Assembly (NCBI GenBank): GCA_037447605.1 | Contig: CM074809.1 | Location: 362,689 to 426,688, forward strand | Direction of reading: 5' to 3' | Source: Zygnema circumcarinatum SAG 698-1b | Lineage: Eukaryota; Plantae; Zygnematophyceae | DNA: 64,000 nt | Part shown: piece after piece, positions 51,601 through 64,000 of the stretch | Position numbering within the stretch: position 1 is the stretch's first letter | How the letters are laid out: each line of letters opens with the position of its first letter | Position numbers and translations under genes: made by a program | Notes under the pieces: generated by a model | Told to the model about the DNA's origin: nothing | The model's database searches: none | Seen by the model: the letters and a program-made list of their open reading frames with translations, nothing else

Positions 51601-54600
51601 TCCTCTACCGACACTCCTATCTCCGCCTCCTGCTGTGAGTTTAAATCCACCATCTCTACTGTTGTATCTCTGGTCCGTCCTGCCATATATGTCTCATATT
51701 TCTCCTCACATTCCCCCCTCGGCCTCTCAGATTCTTTCTCCTCCTTCCCGCCGTTCGGCTGTACTTCTGAGTTTCTTTTCAACGTGGCATCCAAACCTGA
51801 AACCGGTTAAGTCACTGGTTAATGCATGCTTTTCTTAAACTTCTGACGGCTTTGAGAACGTATCATGCATCCTTTCAATCTTATGGGTTCTGCGAAGAGT
51901 GTTCTTTTTTTGGCAAAGAAAAACTTCCATTTTACTTGTTCAAAATGCATCTTCGAGCATAAGCAAGTGTTACGCTTGTGAAACGCTAACTTGTGATGTG
52001 CGCCTTAGTGCACATGCAAACAGGCTATTGAGAGTGAGCATAAACGAAAATACCAGAAAGCATTTCAACACTGTTCAATAGCAGTCCCACAAAGGCGCGC
52101 GAACTCCCCTCTTTGCCTCGTTCATTGATAGAGAGTTGGAGTAGATGCTTCTGCACGGGAGAATGCCAATACTAGCACCAGTCAGGCCTTCTTGCTCCCT
52201 CCCTCCTTCCTGCACCTCTATCTCCTCTCTCCCTTTCCCCATTCTCTCCTCTCTCCTCTCATCGCTCAATTCTCCTTCACTCTATCCATTCTTTGCCTCG
52301 CCTTTATTCTCTCTGTAACTTCTCCTTTCTCGTCTCCTCAATCCTACTCTCCTCTACTCTTTCTACTTTCCTCTCCTCCCATCGTTTAACTAACCGACTC
52401 CAAACCAACCTGATTTCCTTCGCTTAAAAATGTCACATTCTCCAATAATCGCAGACACCGGAGAAGCGTAGCAAGCCCATATCGCGCATTTTGTTCTTCT
52501 GAAACATCTTCAAACAGTGTCGGCTCTCCTTCCTTCACCCATACATCATCCGCTTTCAACCATGTCTGTTCAACCACCACCCTTTAACTTTTCAGGGCTC
52601 GCTACCTCCCTAATTTTTTTTCCCCTCATCCGATAAACAACCTTCAATTCACACACTAACAGGGCCACAATGATCTAGCCCAACTGGACACCCACTGGGG
52701 CTTCATTCAAATCCATCGTTTCGAGCTTTGTCGTCTAGAAAAAGCATTTGAAACTACAACGGTTGATGGGTTTTTAAGGATTTTACCTGCAGCCGCACAA
52801 TAGAGAGATTGACGAGTTCACATACTGCAGTGAGACCTCCTTCTTCTCTCAACCGGTCTTTAAAGCGTCCAACTTTCACTCCGCCACTACCACCATTCAC
52901 ATCTGTTCCCTCACCCTCGAACAGTTTGATCTGTAAGCTTCACTAGAAACAGGATGTCAGATTTAAGAAGCTAATGTATACCAGTTCATGCAAAAAGTCT
53001 TCAGAAAAGAGTACATTCATATAAGGCTCATGAATCTTTCAATTCCAGCATCATCTAAAGGGGTTGTCACTCTAAAGTGATTGACCTAAAGCCACTTACA
53101 ATCGTATTTTTGGTCAACATGCAAACTGACTTGTCTTGTTGTCACCCAGCCAACAGGCAGTATTCATCAAGATATACAAACATTTATGCAACAAAGAAGG
53201 GACACATCTATGTATATGCACACCCCTCTCCCCTACCTTCTCTTTTTCCTTTCTTCGTATTAAATACATACTGTATATACATGCTATATCCTTCCTTTAA
53301 TGCACATTTTATCGCAAACACGACTTTCCCACCATCGAGTACTGTTGCTGAGCTGCACGCGCTCTCCAAGGTCATTAAAGCCAGCCATGAAGGGCTGACG
53401 TCATCTCCAATCACCACCCCAAATCGAGAGAAGTCTGCAGCACTTCCATCCTTGACTCGTTCCCCCACCTCGACTTTCTCCCCCTTAGAATTCGAATTCA
53501 TGTTAAGTTTAAACAATGCTTGGACTCGTGTGACCATTGAAGCTCCGACTCTTTCACTGGCCGACTTTTTGAAGCTGCCTGGGCTGCGAATCCCTTTGGG
53601 AGTTCCCACTTCGCCAGATTTCATTTCATGAAATTCAAGCAAACCCAAGAGAAAATGAACGAATTTTATCGAGTCGAAAAGGACTTCATCGAAACCCTGC
53701 AAAACAGCCTCAATTAAAAATGAATTAGTGCAAGCACCCAAGTTTTGACTTGGGACGTGATGCAGATTTCAGTTTGGATTCAGTTTCAGTTACAAGATCT
53801 GGAATTTCTTGGCCGTTTGATTATAACCAGGAAGCAACTTGTACTCTCCTTCAGCATCATCGCTAGTGAGTACGACGAAGTAGCAGAAAATGACAAAGTG
53901 AAGATGATGTTATTCTGGATTCACGCCTGTCATATTCTTGCCTGCACATCATGTTTCTCCCACTTAAACATACCCTTGCCCATCTTACTGAAAACTCTGA
54001 TAAAAATTCCTGCATGTCTATTCTTCTCACCACAAAAACTTGCACCAACTTCAACCCATCTCACGATCAATTGCTAGAGGAAAAGACCAGAGCTTACATA
54101 TCACATGCTTAGGGGGATGGCGGCGAGAGAGGAAACGAAAGGGAGAGTGAGGGGGAAAGAGAGAGAGGAAAGAGAGATTACGTCGCTTGCTAAGAAAAAG
54201 AGAACAGCTGCTGCCGCCAGTGTTAAGGGAGGATCATCCGTCGGCAAATCCACGATTGCCTCCACTAGAGGACGGGCTAGCCTGCCGATATCACAAAAAG
54301 TTATCAAGAGAGTACTTTTAGAAACGTAAAGAACTCGGAATATTGTTCTCAGCAATGCAAAGGCAATTCGGTATAACCAGATCACTTTATCCACCCCTTA
54401 TCGTGTTCAAAGGATGACAAAAACTTGCAAAAAAAAATACAAATACTGACGACACCTCAAAAAGTCTAAGAAAAAAATGTCACAACACTGACATCCTGAA
54501 AAACTTAAGAGCCCCAAACCCCGCGAACCCTGAACCCCTCAACAACCAAACCCACTCACCCTTGCGTTTTCAGAAGCCTCCTTCGATCTATGGACCTGCA

Positions 54601-55663
54601 CAGCTGCGCCATTGCTGCCATGCTCGCTCGAAGCACTCGCAATGGCTGCCCTTTTCGCAGTCCATCTATGGCAAAGTGAACTTCATCAACATGCTCAATC
54701 ATCTCCCCACTCTCCTGAGCCTCCATAAGAGAAGCGGAGGGGGGAGCTGCAGGAACTGCAGTTGTCACCCAATCGATTTCCCCCTTCTGCCGGTGTCGGC
54801 TTCCTACTCCACCTCCCTTCCTCTCACTCCTTCCAATCACACTCCTCTTCCGCACAATGCCCCCACCAAGTGCGTCTCCAGACCCCATCGAACTTCCTTC
54901 TAGAAGCAGAGACTGCATTTTTAGAGTCTTCCGTGACGATGACGGTGCGGCTTCTCCTTTTTCCAGCTTCCTTTTCCTCACCTGACTGTGAGAGGGAGAC
55001 GAAGGAGCAGAATCGGAATTGAAAAGAGGAATTTGTTTCCTACGTTTAAAGACTTCATCTGCATTGTCTTCTCGGAGAGGTTGTGAATTATAACTTGAAC
55101 GTTTCGGCGGCGGTGGCATATAATTTCCCAGCTTCGTGGAAGCAGGTGCATTTTCCGGGTCACAGCCTGATAAGGGATGCTCCTCTATTTCTTCTTCTTC
55201 ATCCGTTTGACTGAATCGATATTCTTCAATGCTTGATCTGCATCTCAATGACTGGCTCAAGTCTAAATTCTCAGCTTGCGATTCCTGCGCAGGCGACGAG
55301 GACGCGACCGAGAACAAAACAACAGAGAAAAGTAGTTAATGTAAAGGAGCTCAATGTAGTATCGTATGCATGTTAAGAAACCATGCTATGAACTCTATGC
55401 TTTTGGACCAACAAGTATTTGAATGCACACAGGTTGAAACATTTGAGACGCGCAATGCAGGCACCGTTTCCAAAAAAAAATGTAATACAAACGCAGAATG
55501 TAAACCAAAAAAAAGCCGATTTATTTGTTCTTGCCTGAGAAGAAAAAGCATTGAACAAAAGCGATTCTTGTGAACTCCAAAAGGACTCTTGCGAGCCTTC
55601 CTCTGACTGGCTGCTCCGCCCTCCTCCGCACCTCTGCCGTCGCTGATAAGTTCGGATCAGCAT
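48684..55663 (-). CDS. WAPL: Wings apart-like cohesin release factor, 14 coding exons
   Basis: Exons: 55663-55535 (MLIRTYQRR; GC donor), 55284-54560 (MEAQESGEMIEHVDEVHFAIDGLRKG), 54281-54182, 53696-53333, ~52902-52787 (FKDRLREEGGL), ~52565-52410 (LLRCLRLLENVTFLS), 52150-52054, 51796-50859 (EDCLVSAVK), 50598-50297 (MNLTNEN..GC; LGVLVNLIEK), 50086-49921, 49738-49635 (GEKEAEAMMLEAYAALLLAFLS), 49241-49160 (LVPVLEHF), 48773-48684 (AFH...*). The motifs match plant WAPL; the listed set has 13 segments, so the exon count is approximate. Confidence 0.93.
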
Positions 55664-55719
55664 GATCGCGAAAGAAGGCGCGCAAATGGCCTGGACTTCT
55701 GAGACCTGCAAGTAATGCA

Positions 55720-55776
<57 letters not shown>

Positions 55777-56604
55777 AAGGAAGAGAGAGAGAGAGAGAGA
55801 GAGAAGTGAGAGAGCGAGATGTGTGAAATGTTTGAACAAAACCTTCTGCATCCTGCACATATTTCAACAAGATTTTCTGTGGAATAATAATGTAATATAA
55901 TGTGGAATCAGTTCAACGAACACTTCTGCCTCCAGCAGTACGGTGGGGTATAGCTTCAAAAGTTCGACTTCTTCCGACCAACCTGCAACCAATACTATAA
56001 AGCCTGAAGAAGAACTCTACAGAGATCAGTTTCCTGCATTTCAATAAGCCGCGGTCTCCTGCTTAAGCCTGATTCCAAAAAGATTGATTGAGAGCCAGTC
56101 ATGACGTCAGCCCTAAAAAATGTCCGTAAAATTGTAACCGCATGCTGAAGAAATCGAGACATGTGCACTCAATTGTTCCAGCTCGCATTCATTCCCGTCC
56201 CGCATTCGTACCTGCAAAATGTAAAGCTGCCGCCAACGGTCTTTCAAAAATTTGAACTTATCAAATGACTGATGATGATGCTGCTGCTTTCAAAAATGGA
56301 GAAAAAATATCTATTTTTTTGTTGCAAGTATTCTCTCTCTCTGTGGATGCGGATGCCACATGAAGGCTATATGCCATGGCTGAATGAATATCTGAATATT
56401 TTTGCTAAATTTTTGCGCCGCATTTCTGGCAGAGAGCAGAAAGCACCATCCATTTCAGGCAGGCAGACCTTCACATCACATTGAACAGGGGTGCAGAATA
56501 TCGCAAGTGTAGGATAATCCTGCACGCCCTCTTTTTCATATCTTGCACGGGTAACGTAAATATGTTACCGTGGAGGGGCAGACGGTTCTCTCGCAAGGTT
56601 TGAA

Positions 56605-56668
56605 CCAATCCTGGGATGCCACGTGGTAAATTTGTCGTACATGTCGATCTCTGATTGGGCCACGTGGT
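56605..56668. promoter_or_regulatory. Twin CCAAT + G-box module between the divergent WAPL and hydrolase genes
   Basis: CCAAT at 56605, GCCACGTGGT at 56618-56627, ATTGG at 56654 and an identical GCCACGTGGT at 56659-56668. Confidence 0.55.
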
Positions 56669-56841
56669 GGATACCCAAGTTCACTTTTCCAAGCTTTCTT
56701 TATCGCCCTTTTCCCTCTCTTCTTCGACTTCCTTCTTTCGTTTTTCTTTCCAAATAAAAGAAAAAGAAAGGGAAGAAAAGAGAAATAGTCTCGCTCTCAA
56801 TGCTCTCTCAGACCTAAATTTTTTCGTTTGCAGCACATGAA

Positions 56842-58811
56842 ATGAGCGCGTCAAGCAGCGGCGAGCCACCTCTGCGACCGCTCATAGTCTTCGCTCATGG
56901 CGCCGGCGCAGGAGCATCCTCAGACTTCATGCAAAAGTAAGCCTCTTCTCTGAATCGTGTAAATTTTAAATGCAAACATTGCGTCTATTTTTTTTTCATA
57001 ATATTCACTCCAAAAAGAAAATGCTTCGTCTCGATAAAGCATAGAAGCCGTATTTTAAGCCCTAAATGGCACCCTGCACTCGGCCCTATAGGGATGGCTG
57101 GCTGCAAGCTGAATAGGGAGCGTCTTCCAATGGGGATTCGCCACTTAAATACAAAGGGAGAAAAAAAAAGTCTTTTGTTCCCCCTGTTTTTAAGGGCCCA
57201 ATGCGAGGCTATGTTTGACTGATGCTTTTAATATCATCTTTCATCTTGAACCTTGCCCTTTGAAAGAGCCCTTTGAAATGGAAAGAAAACGTTATGAAAG
57301 ATAAGGGAATGTTCAGTTGCTACATTTCTAAGATTTCATTCAATTTTCACTTTCATATTTCGCTGCTGTGAATTTTTTCACTAAGCACTTATTTTCTACC
57401 ATTAACGGATTGGTGGGCAGGTGGAAAGTCCTCCTCTCTGAAGCAGCAAACGCTGTGGAGGTTGTGACCTTCGATTATCCGTGTGGGTATATGCAACAGA
57501 ATCGCGCCCACTATTGCATGTTGAATCATTTATTATTTTGCATGAGTACGCTAGCTGATTGGAGTAGTTGAATTGTGCTTGTTATACAACCAACTGTCGA
57601 AGACTCTGTCTGTGTGAGCCAAAAGCACACGGTTAAGGAAGCGAGGCAGAGTGGGGGGGAAAGAGAGAGTGAGAAAGGAGAGGGGATGGGAGAGAGGGAG
57701 AGAGAGGAGTGGGGGGGGGACGATGGGGAGACAGGAGAGAGGGGGGAAGTGAGAGAGAGAGAGAGGAGAGGAGGGGGAGAGAGAGAGACGAAAGGAGGGG
57801 GAGAAAGAAGCGAGGGCGGGGCAGGAGAGGAGAGAGGGAAAGAGAGACAAAGAGAGAGAGAGAGGCAGAGAGGGAAGTGAATGTATGAGCATGCATTCCT
57901 GTTTATGCGTGCTGCTTTGTTCACGTTGAAGTTACAACATTGCAACATAGAGAAGAAAGAAATGTTGAACAAAGGCTTAGCTGGTTTGCCGATCTCGTTG
58001 GGATGTGGAAACCCTATACACTTCGTACAACTTAAACAGAAGCCCTTCATCACGAGTGTTGTTCAGTTTTCACTTCAAGCATTTGACCCTTATATCCATT
58101 CTCCATTTCTATATCCGCTTTCCGCCGTCTAGAAATATTTCTCAGTGAAATCATGTTAACTGTTTTTTTTTCTTATTAGTTAGGACTGTTTTATCAAAAG
58201 CCTTCCTTTATCCCCTCTCTCCCCCGGGCTCCCTTTTTTTTTCTTTTTCCAGTCATGGCTGGAGGCAGGCGAGGAGTCGCTCCTAAGCCGGAGACTTTGC
58301 TGCCTTTTCACAAAGAACAGATTGAAGCAGCCATGGCCGCCCATCCCGGTCATCCTCTTGTACTTGTGGGCAAATCTCTCGGTTCCAGGTACTGCAAAAT
58401 CTGCAGAGCTAAGCTGCATTACAAGGGAAAGGTAGAGTGAGGACTGAGAGAGAGGAGGGAGGTCGAGACTGGAGATGCGGGAGAGGAACTGAGTGCAGAC
58501 GAGAGTGGAGGTGGAGATGGGAGGGAGGCTGAGATAGAAGAGAAGAGAAGGGGGGGGTCCGAAAGGGAGGAGAGGAGAGTGGGTGTTTTGGGGCAGGTCA
58601 GAGCGAGAGAGGGAGAGTTGGGGAGAGGAAACTGCAGGCGATGGAGATGGAAGGTGGGAGGGTGGATATTACTTTGCTCTTAACGACATGGTAGGGACAG
58701 GCAATGAAATACCCATCTGTCTCCTTTCTAGGTTATAGGGTGAGCTGCCTCCTGGCTGGAGAACACAGCTGTCCTGCCAAAGCGGTCGTCTGCCTTGGCT
58801 ACCCTATAAAG
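56842..58811 (+). CDS. Alpha/beta-hydrolase (KANSL3/TEX30-like, At5g41850-type), 5' four exons; 3' end lost in the 100-N gap
   Basis: Exons 56842-56936 (LIVFAHGAGA), 57421-57482 (VEVVTFDYP), 58253-58388 (HPGHPLVLVGKSLGSR, nucleophile elbow GxSxG) and 58739-58811 (AVVCLGYPIK). Confidence 0.88.
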
Positions 58812-58884
58812 GTTAGATCCCTGCCTCCCTCCCTCCTTTCCTCCCTCTCTCCCTCTCTCCCTTTCTCACTTCCCTCCCTCCCTC

Positions 58885-59208
58885 CCACTCCCCTCCCCCT
58901 CCCCCCTCCCGCTCCCGCCCTCCCCTCCCTCCCTCCCCCTCCCCCCTCCCTCCCCCTCCCCCTCCCCCTCCCCCTCCCCCTCCCCACTCCCCTCCCCCTC
59001 CCCCTCCCCCTCCCCCCCTCCCCCTCCCCCTCCCCCTCCCCCTCCCCCCCTCCCCCTCCCCCTCCCCCTCCCCCTCCCCCTCCCCCTCCCCCCTCCCTCC
59101 CCCTCCCCCTCCCCCTCCCCCTCCCCCTCCCCCTCCCCCTCCCCCTCCCCCTCCCCCCTCCCTCCCCTCCTCCCTCCCTCCTCCCTCCCTCCCTCCCCCT
59201 CCCTCCCC
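58885..59208. repeat. (CCCCTC)n tract (G-quadruplex-prone on the minus strand) running into the 100-N gap
   Basis: Tandem CCCCT(C) units are directly visible. Confidence 0.9.
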
Positions 59209-59854
59209 NNNNNNNNNNNNNNNNNNNNNNNNNNNNNNNNNNNNNNNNNNNNNNNNNNNNNNNNNNNNNNNNNNNNNNNNNNNNNNNNNNNNNNNNNNNN
59301 NNNNNNNNTTCTGTTAACACCCAATGATCAAAATTAATTAAATTAAATTAATCATCAAAATGATGCAGATCAGAGATATCAAGTCTCATTATTTCTGGGG
59401 TTTGTAAGAAATTCCAAACATGGGCTTTTCAAAAATATTAGGGTTTTGTGGCAGTTTCTGCAGTTCTGTAAAAATTTAGGGTTTCCAGACCAGCCAGAAC
59501 TTCTCTCAGGCCTATAGGGTTGCTGTGGAGGTTCCTTTCTGACTCACATTCAAAGACTTCAAAATGAAAGGGGTTTTAAGGGATTTTAGGAAGGGATGGA
59601 GGGAGGGAGGAGGAGGGAGGGAGGGGGGAGGGAGAGGAGTAGGGGGGAGGATGGGGAGGGGTGAGGAGGGGGAGGAAGGGGAAGGGGGGGGAAGAGGGGG
59701 AGGAAAAGGAGGGAAAGGGGGGGAAGGGGGGAAGGGAGGGAGGAGGGAGGAGGGAGGAGGGAGGTTCTCCCAAAGGAGTTTTCCCACTTCCTCTCCTTCT
59801 CTCCACTCTGCACTGCCCATCAGTCTTCTACGTAAGTTAGGGAATTCACAGCAC

Positions 59855-62800
59855 CTGACTGTTGTTTGTGAGCTTCGCGTATTTGTAGAGAAATGCGAAC
59901 GCCTGCATGATGCACTGATTCCGGTTTCGAATGCGCGAGCCGGCAGAGAGAGAGAGGAGAGCAGTTCCTGCTTCCTCCAATCCATCACTCAGCACATCTC
60001 ACTCTTTCACTCTATCTCTCACTCACTCACTCACTCACATGAGCTGAAAGTGCAAACAATACAGCGCAGAAATCGACGGCTGTTGAACTGAACTGAACTT
60101 GTATATAGAATAAAAAAAAGGGGGGAGTGAGGGATTTGTGGGAGAGAGTGAAAAGCTGTGCGGTTCCATGTCTTCGTTAAAGAACGTTTTAAGTTGTTTT
60201 ACCGCAACGGAGAGCAAGGAACTCGCTGTTGGGCTGCAGCTTGAAGGCCTGCAAGTACTCCCTCAGCGCGGCCTGCATGTGGCCAGATGTCGCGCTCAGA
60301 TTGGCCGAAACCACGAGGGCGGGGACGCTCTTCGGGTGACGTGTCCTCATGTGCTGCACCAGACGGAGATGCCGCTCCGCCAGCTCTCCCTCTCTGGGGG
60401 AGAGAGAGAGAACACAGAGAGAGAGAGGGGGAGAGAGAGAGAGAAGGGGGGAGAGAGAGAGGGAGAGAGAGAGAGAGAGGGGGAGAGAGAGAGGGGGGAG
60501 AGAGAGGGAGAGAAAAAGAGAGAGGGAGAGGGGGGGAGAGAGAGGGAGAGAGAGAGAAGGGGAGAGCGAGAGGGAGAGAGAGAGGGGAGGAGAGAGAGAT
60601 GGAGAGAGAGAGAGACGAGAGAGAGAGAGAAACGACAGGTTGTCAGGGTCTAAAGTTAACGGTTTACGGTGTAGGTCAGGACAAACAGAGTAAGGAATAA
60701 AATAAATGAATACATCTGGTTTAGGAAAAGTTGCATTTCTGGGGAACCCGGAGATTTTAAACAGGAAGTAATACCTGGCAAAATCAGAACACTTAATTCG
60801 GAACCCGAGAAAACCCCAAAATCAGAAACACTGAAACCAAAAAGACCGAAAACCCAAAAAACCAAAAACCGAAAACCCAGAAAACCCAAAACCAGAAACT
60901 CGAAACCCAGAAAACTGTACGATCCTGAAAGTTGCAAACCGAGTGCCCACCTTGCCATGTAGCGGTAAAAAACATTCCACAGTTTGCAGGAATGAGGGTG
61001 CTGCAAAATTTCACTGCGAATTCCGTCCAGGCGGTCATCTGGAAAAACTTTAATGGGCAGAATGACAGGATCTGGGGCAGCCAAAAAAAACAGGAATTCC
61101 ACATTTCAGCGCCGTCAAGAGACGAAGATTAAAAAATACATACAGTGCACTTTGATTTAAAGTTAAAAAGGAAGAAAAGCCACGAAGTCTCCTTTGTTTG
61201 GTTTGTCCGAACGAGACAGGAACTAAATAGCAAAAATCTATCTTCAAAGGCCCAGAAAATGTACAAACAATATACTTAGAAGCCAAAAGCTTAAATTCAG
61301 AAGCTTAGGACCCTCAAATTCCCAAAATTCCACCGCCAAAATGTTAAAACGACTCACAGCCCTAAAACCCTGAGCCCCACCTCGTTTCCTTCTTCCTTTT
61401 GACTTCCTTACTCTTTCAAGAACAAAAATTGAAAACCCAAAAGCCACAAGAAGAAGACCACGATTCTCGAGGCAACCGCCTGCAACCGCCCCTACCGCTA
61501 AACCCAAAACCCTAAAAACCCTAAACCTAAGGACCTTGGTTTCTCTCACCTTCACTGAGCAGACGCAGCTGCGCCCTCCTCGCACGTGTGAGCCCTCTGC
61601 ATGCCTCCAAAGCGGAGTTCACAAGGAAGGAGGCCTCCTTCACGCGGCCAAGTCCGGCCAACTCGCGGCATGCCTGCACGCAATAAGGAAGGATGGGANN
61701 NNNNNNNNGGGAGGGGGAAGGGGAGCAAAATGAATTACAGACCGTAAGGACGAGCTGAAAGCTTGCATCATCACGAAGCATTCCCGGGATCGGAGGAGTT
61801 TTGGAGGGAGGGAGCTCGGCATCCTGAAAAACCATTTAAAAAAAAAAAAAGAGCGGTAAGTTTGTTTTGTAAAGCTCTCTCTCGGTGTCTCCCTCTCTCT
61901 CTCTCTCTCTATAGTTGTTTCAGGCATACGTGTGGAAAGGGGAATCGGAGAGTGGGAGAAGGGCAGGGACGGAGCGGAGGTGGAGATTGGGAGACGGTGG
62001 GGGAGGGTGAGAGGGCGAGAGGCCGCAAGGGGAGAGGAGAGGGTTAACACCCCACTCCCCTTCCTCTCCCTTCAGCACAAGTTTGAAACTCGAATAGGAG
62101 GCCAAGAAACGTGTTGGAAATTCGGTCTATCGCTTTTGTCAAAATTGGCCGAACTAATTCTAAAAACTAAATGAGTGCTGTTTATCTAGTTATCTATTCC
62201 CTCTCCCACTCCCCCTTCCCCCCTCATTTTTTATCTCTCACCTCTCCTTCCATGTCCTCGTCACTCCGCCACTCCCTCCCTTCCGCTAAAGCTTCCGCTT
62301 TAGCTGCCTCCTTTTTGGCAGCTTCTTTCTCTGCCCGCTTTTTAGCTCTCGCTACTCCCGCTCTGCACGAAAAAAGAAAAAACACTAAGAAAAGGAAACA
62401 ACAACTGAAAAAACAGTCTAATAAACATAACAAACAAACAAGTGATGGTAGAAGAAATAAGTTTTTTAACTTATGTTCTCAAATTAAAAGAATTGATGTT
62501 ATCTCTAAGGGCATATTTTAAGAGACTTACGCCACATTTCGAGGGAGAGGAGGAGCGTATTCTTGGAACACTCCCTCCTTCACCAGAAGGCCTTCTCCCT
62601 CTCTCCCTCCCTCTCCCTCTCCCACCTCTGCCGGCCTATGCTTTCTCACCAACCCCGGATGGTCCTTTTTTGCCCGCAGTAATGCCTGCACTCCCACTCG
62701 CTCACATCCCTTCGTTTAAAAAAAAATTCCCCCCTTTCCCCCTCCCTCCCACCCCTCCTGCTCTCCCTTCTCTCACTCTCTCTCACTCTCCACCCCCCCC

Positions 62801-63791
62801 CTCTCTCTCCTTCTCTCTCTTGACAGTTTTTTGTTTCCTCACTCTCTCATGCCTAGCAGAGTCTACCGACTCACACGTGTGTTTTCGCGCTCGATCCGAA
62901 TTGTCTCTTTGATTAAGGGGAGGGAAGCTTCCAGGAAGGCATCCAGTCTCCCAGCGAGGTGCAAAATCTGGGCTTGTAGTAACTTCACTTTTGCATCCTC
63001 CCACCACCTCTTCACTCTCACTCTCTCTCTCTCCCCCTCCTCCTCCCGTTTCCTTGCCTGCTGTTCCTCCTCTGGAAATGAAACCCCACCTCGATACAAC
63101 AGTCAGTCGGCCAATCAATCAGTCAGTCCATCAATAGATAAGTTTTTGTGAGACAACAATGTGGATGAGAAAGACATGCACAGAGAAACAAGTACATCAA
63201 TCATACAATATATATATACATATATGATGATATATATATGATATGATATATATGTATGTATGTATGTATCATATATATATGATATATGTGTATATATATG
63301 ATGGGCGATACATACCTGGAGAGGGGCGTAATATGAGAAGACCCTCATCGAATTGTTTGACCCGTCCGTACAGTTCTCCAAGAGCTAATCTCGATTCCAA
63401 GTGATCTGGAACAGCATGCACCACTGCACCCCCCCCCACCCGCAGAAAAAAATAAACAATTAGGATCCCACAGACACAATTTCCATAAAATGTGGTGAAA
63501 AGAGCAGACCTGGGTGAAAGAAAACAAAACTCAAATTCACTTTCTGTTTGTCAAAGATGATTCTTATGATGGAATACAATGCAATCTGATAACGGAGTTC
63601 TAATTTTGTTCTGAGTAGTGGGAGGCCCCCCTTCTCTCCCATACGCGCTATGCTCCACCTTCCTCTCCCTCTCCTCTCCTCTCTCTCCTCTCCCTCTCTC
63701 TCCTCTTCTCACCTTTCTTGTACACTTCAATGGCTTGCTGGTTGCTTCCAGCCTTCATGTGGCACTGTCCAATTTTGACCCAAAGAGGTGG
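59855..63791 (-). CDS. GTF3C3: General transcription factor IIIC subunit 3 (Tfc4/tau131, TPR protein), internal exons; 5' part beyond the window, 3' end lost in the gap
   Basis: Exons: 63791-63713 (LWVKIGQCH), 63423-63316, 63071-62875 (RWWEDAKVKLLQAQI), 62685-62531, 62362-62242 (RAKKRAEK), 61823-61743, 61673-61550, 61038-60951 (QHPHSCKLWNVFY), 60393-60203 (HMRTRHP...ALREYLQAFKLQPNS), 59967-59855 (GTALLSLS...RNQCIMQAFAFLYKY). The order matches plant TFIIIC-3. Confidence 0.88.
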
Positions 63792-64000
63792 CTGCACTCC
63801 CTCTCCCTCCCCCCCTCCCATCTCTCAACTCCAAAACCCTACTTGCCCTCAAACCTCCTCCACAATTTCTACTCCATAACAGGAAAAAACGGACTCCTCC
63901 ACGCACGAAAACTGAAACTGAATGAAACTGAAACTGAACCTGAAATCGAAATCCAACTTAAAATTGAACCGACAAAATGAAGGAAATGAAACCGAAAGAA

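Noticed and set aside
56304-56312. Evening element AAAATATCT
   Set aside because: A single AT-rich 9-mer is expected by chance in 64 kb, and it is not near the LUX-like gene.
58812-59854. Apparent truncation or pseudogenisation of the hydrolase and GTF3C3
   Set aside because: Both convergent genes end at the 100-N gap (59209-59308), so the missing 3' exons are most simply inside the gap.

Overview
Draft-assembly window (12 ten-N gaps, one 100-N gap) of an intron-rich eukaryotic nuclear genome. Proteins are closest to land-plant families, but the mitochondrial nad4 copy needs no C-to-U editing, so a streptophyte green alga (Zygnematophyceae-like) is the most likely source (inference). From left to right it holds: a mitochondrial insertion (nad4 exon 1 plus the 5' part of a group II intron whose frame stays open to the window edge); a head-to-head pair of plastid Rossmann-fold genes (Tic62-like, pTAC16-like); a repeat-rich block with a hairpin element, a 603-bp TIR element and an intron-containing Crypton-type tyrosine recombinase with a complete catalytic set; a LUX-like GARP gene; an FHA-AAA ATPase gene whose Walker B/arginine-finger exons are absent where a 3.9-kb CT tract sits; an orphan gene with tandem VKxE repeats, preceded by a GTCGCA array with 10.5-bp helical phasing; WAPL; an alpha/beta-hydrolase; and part of TFIIIC subunit 3. 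Most ORFs in the supplied track are translations of GA/CT, CAT or CATTCTG microsatellites and are not genes. All exon coordinates were read by hand and no searches were run.
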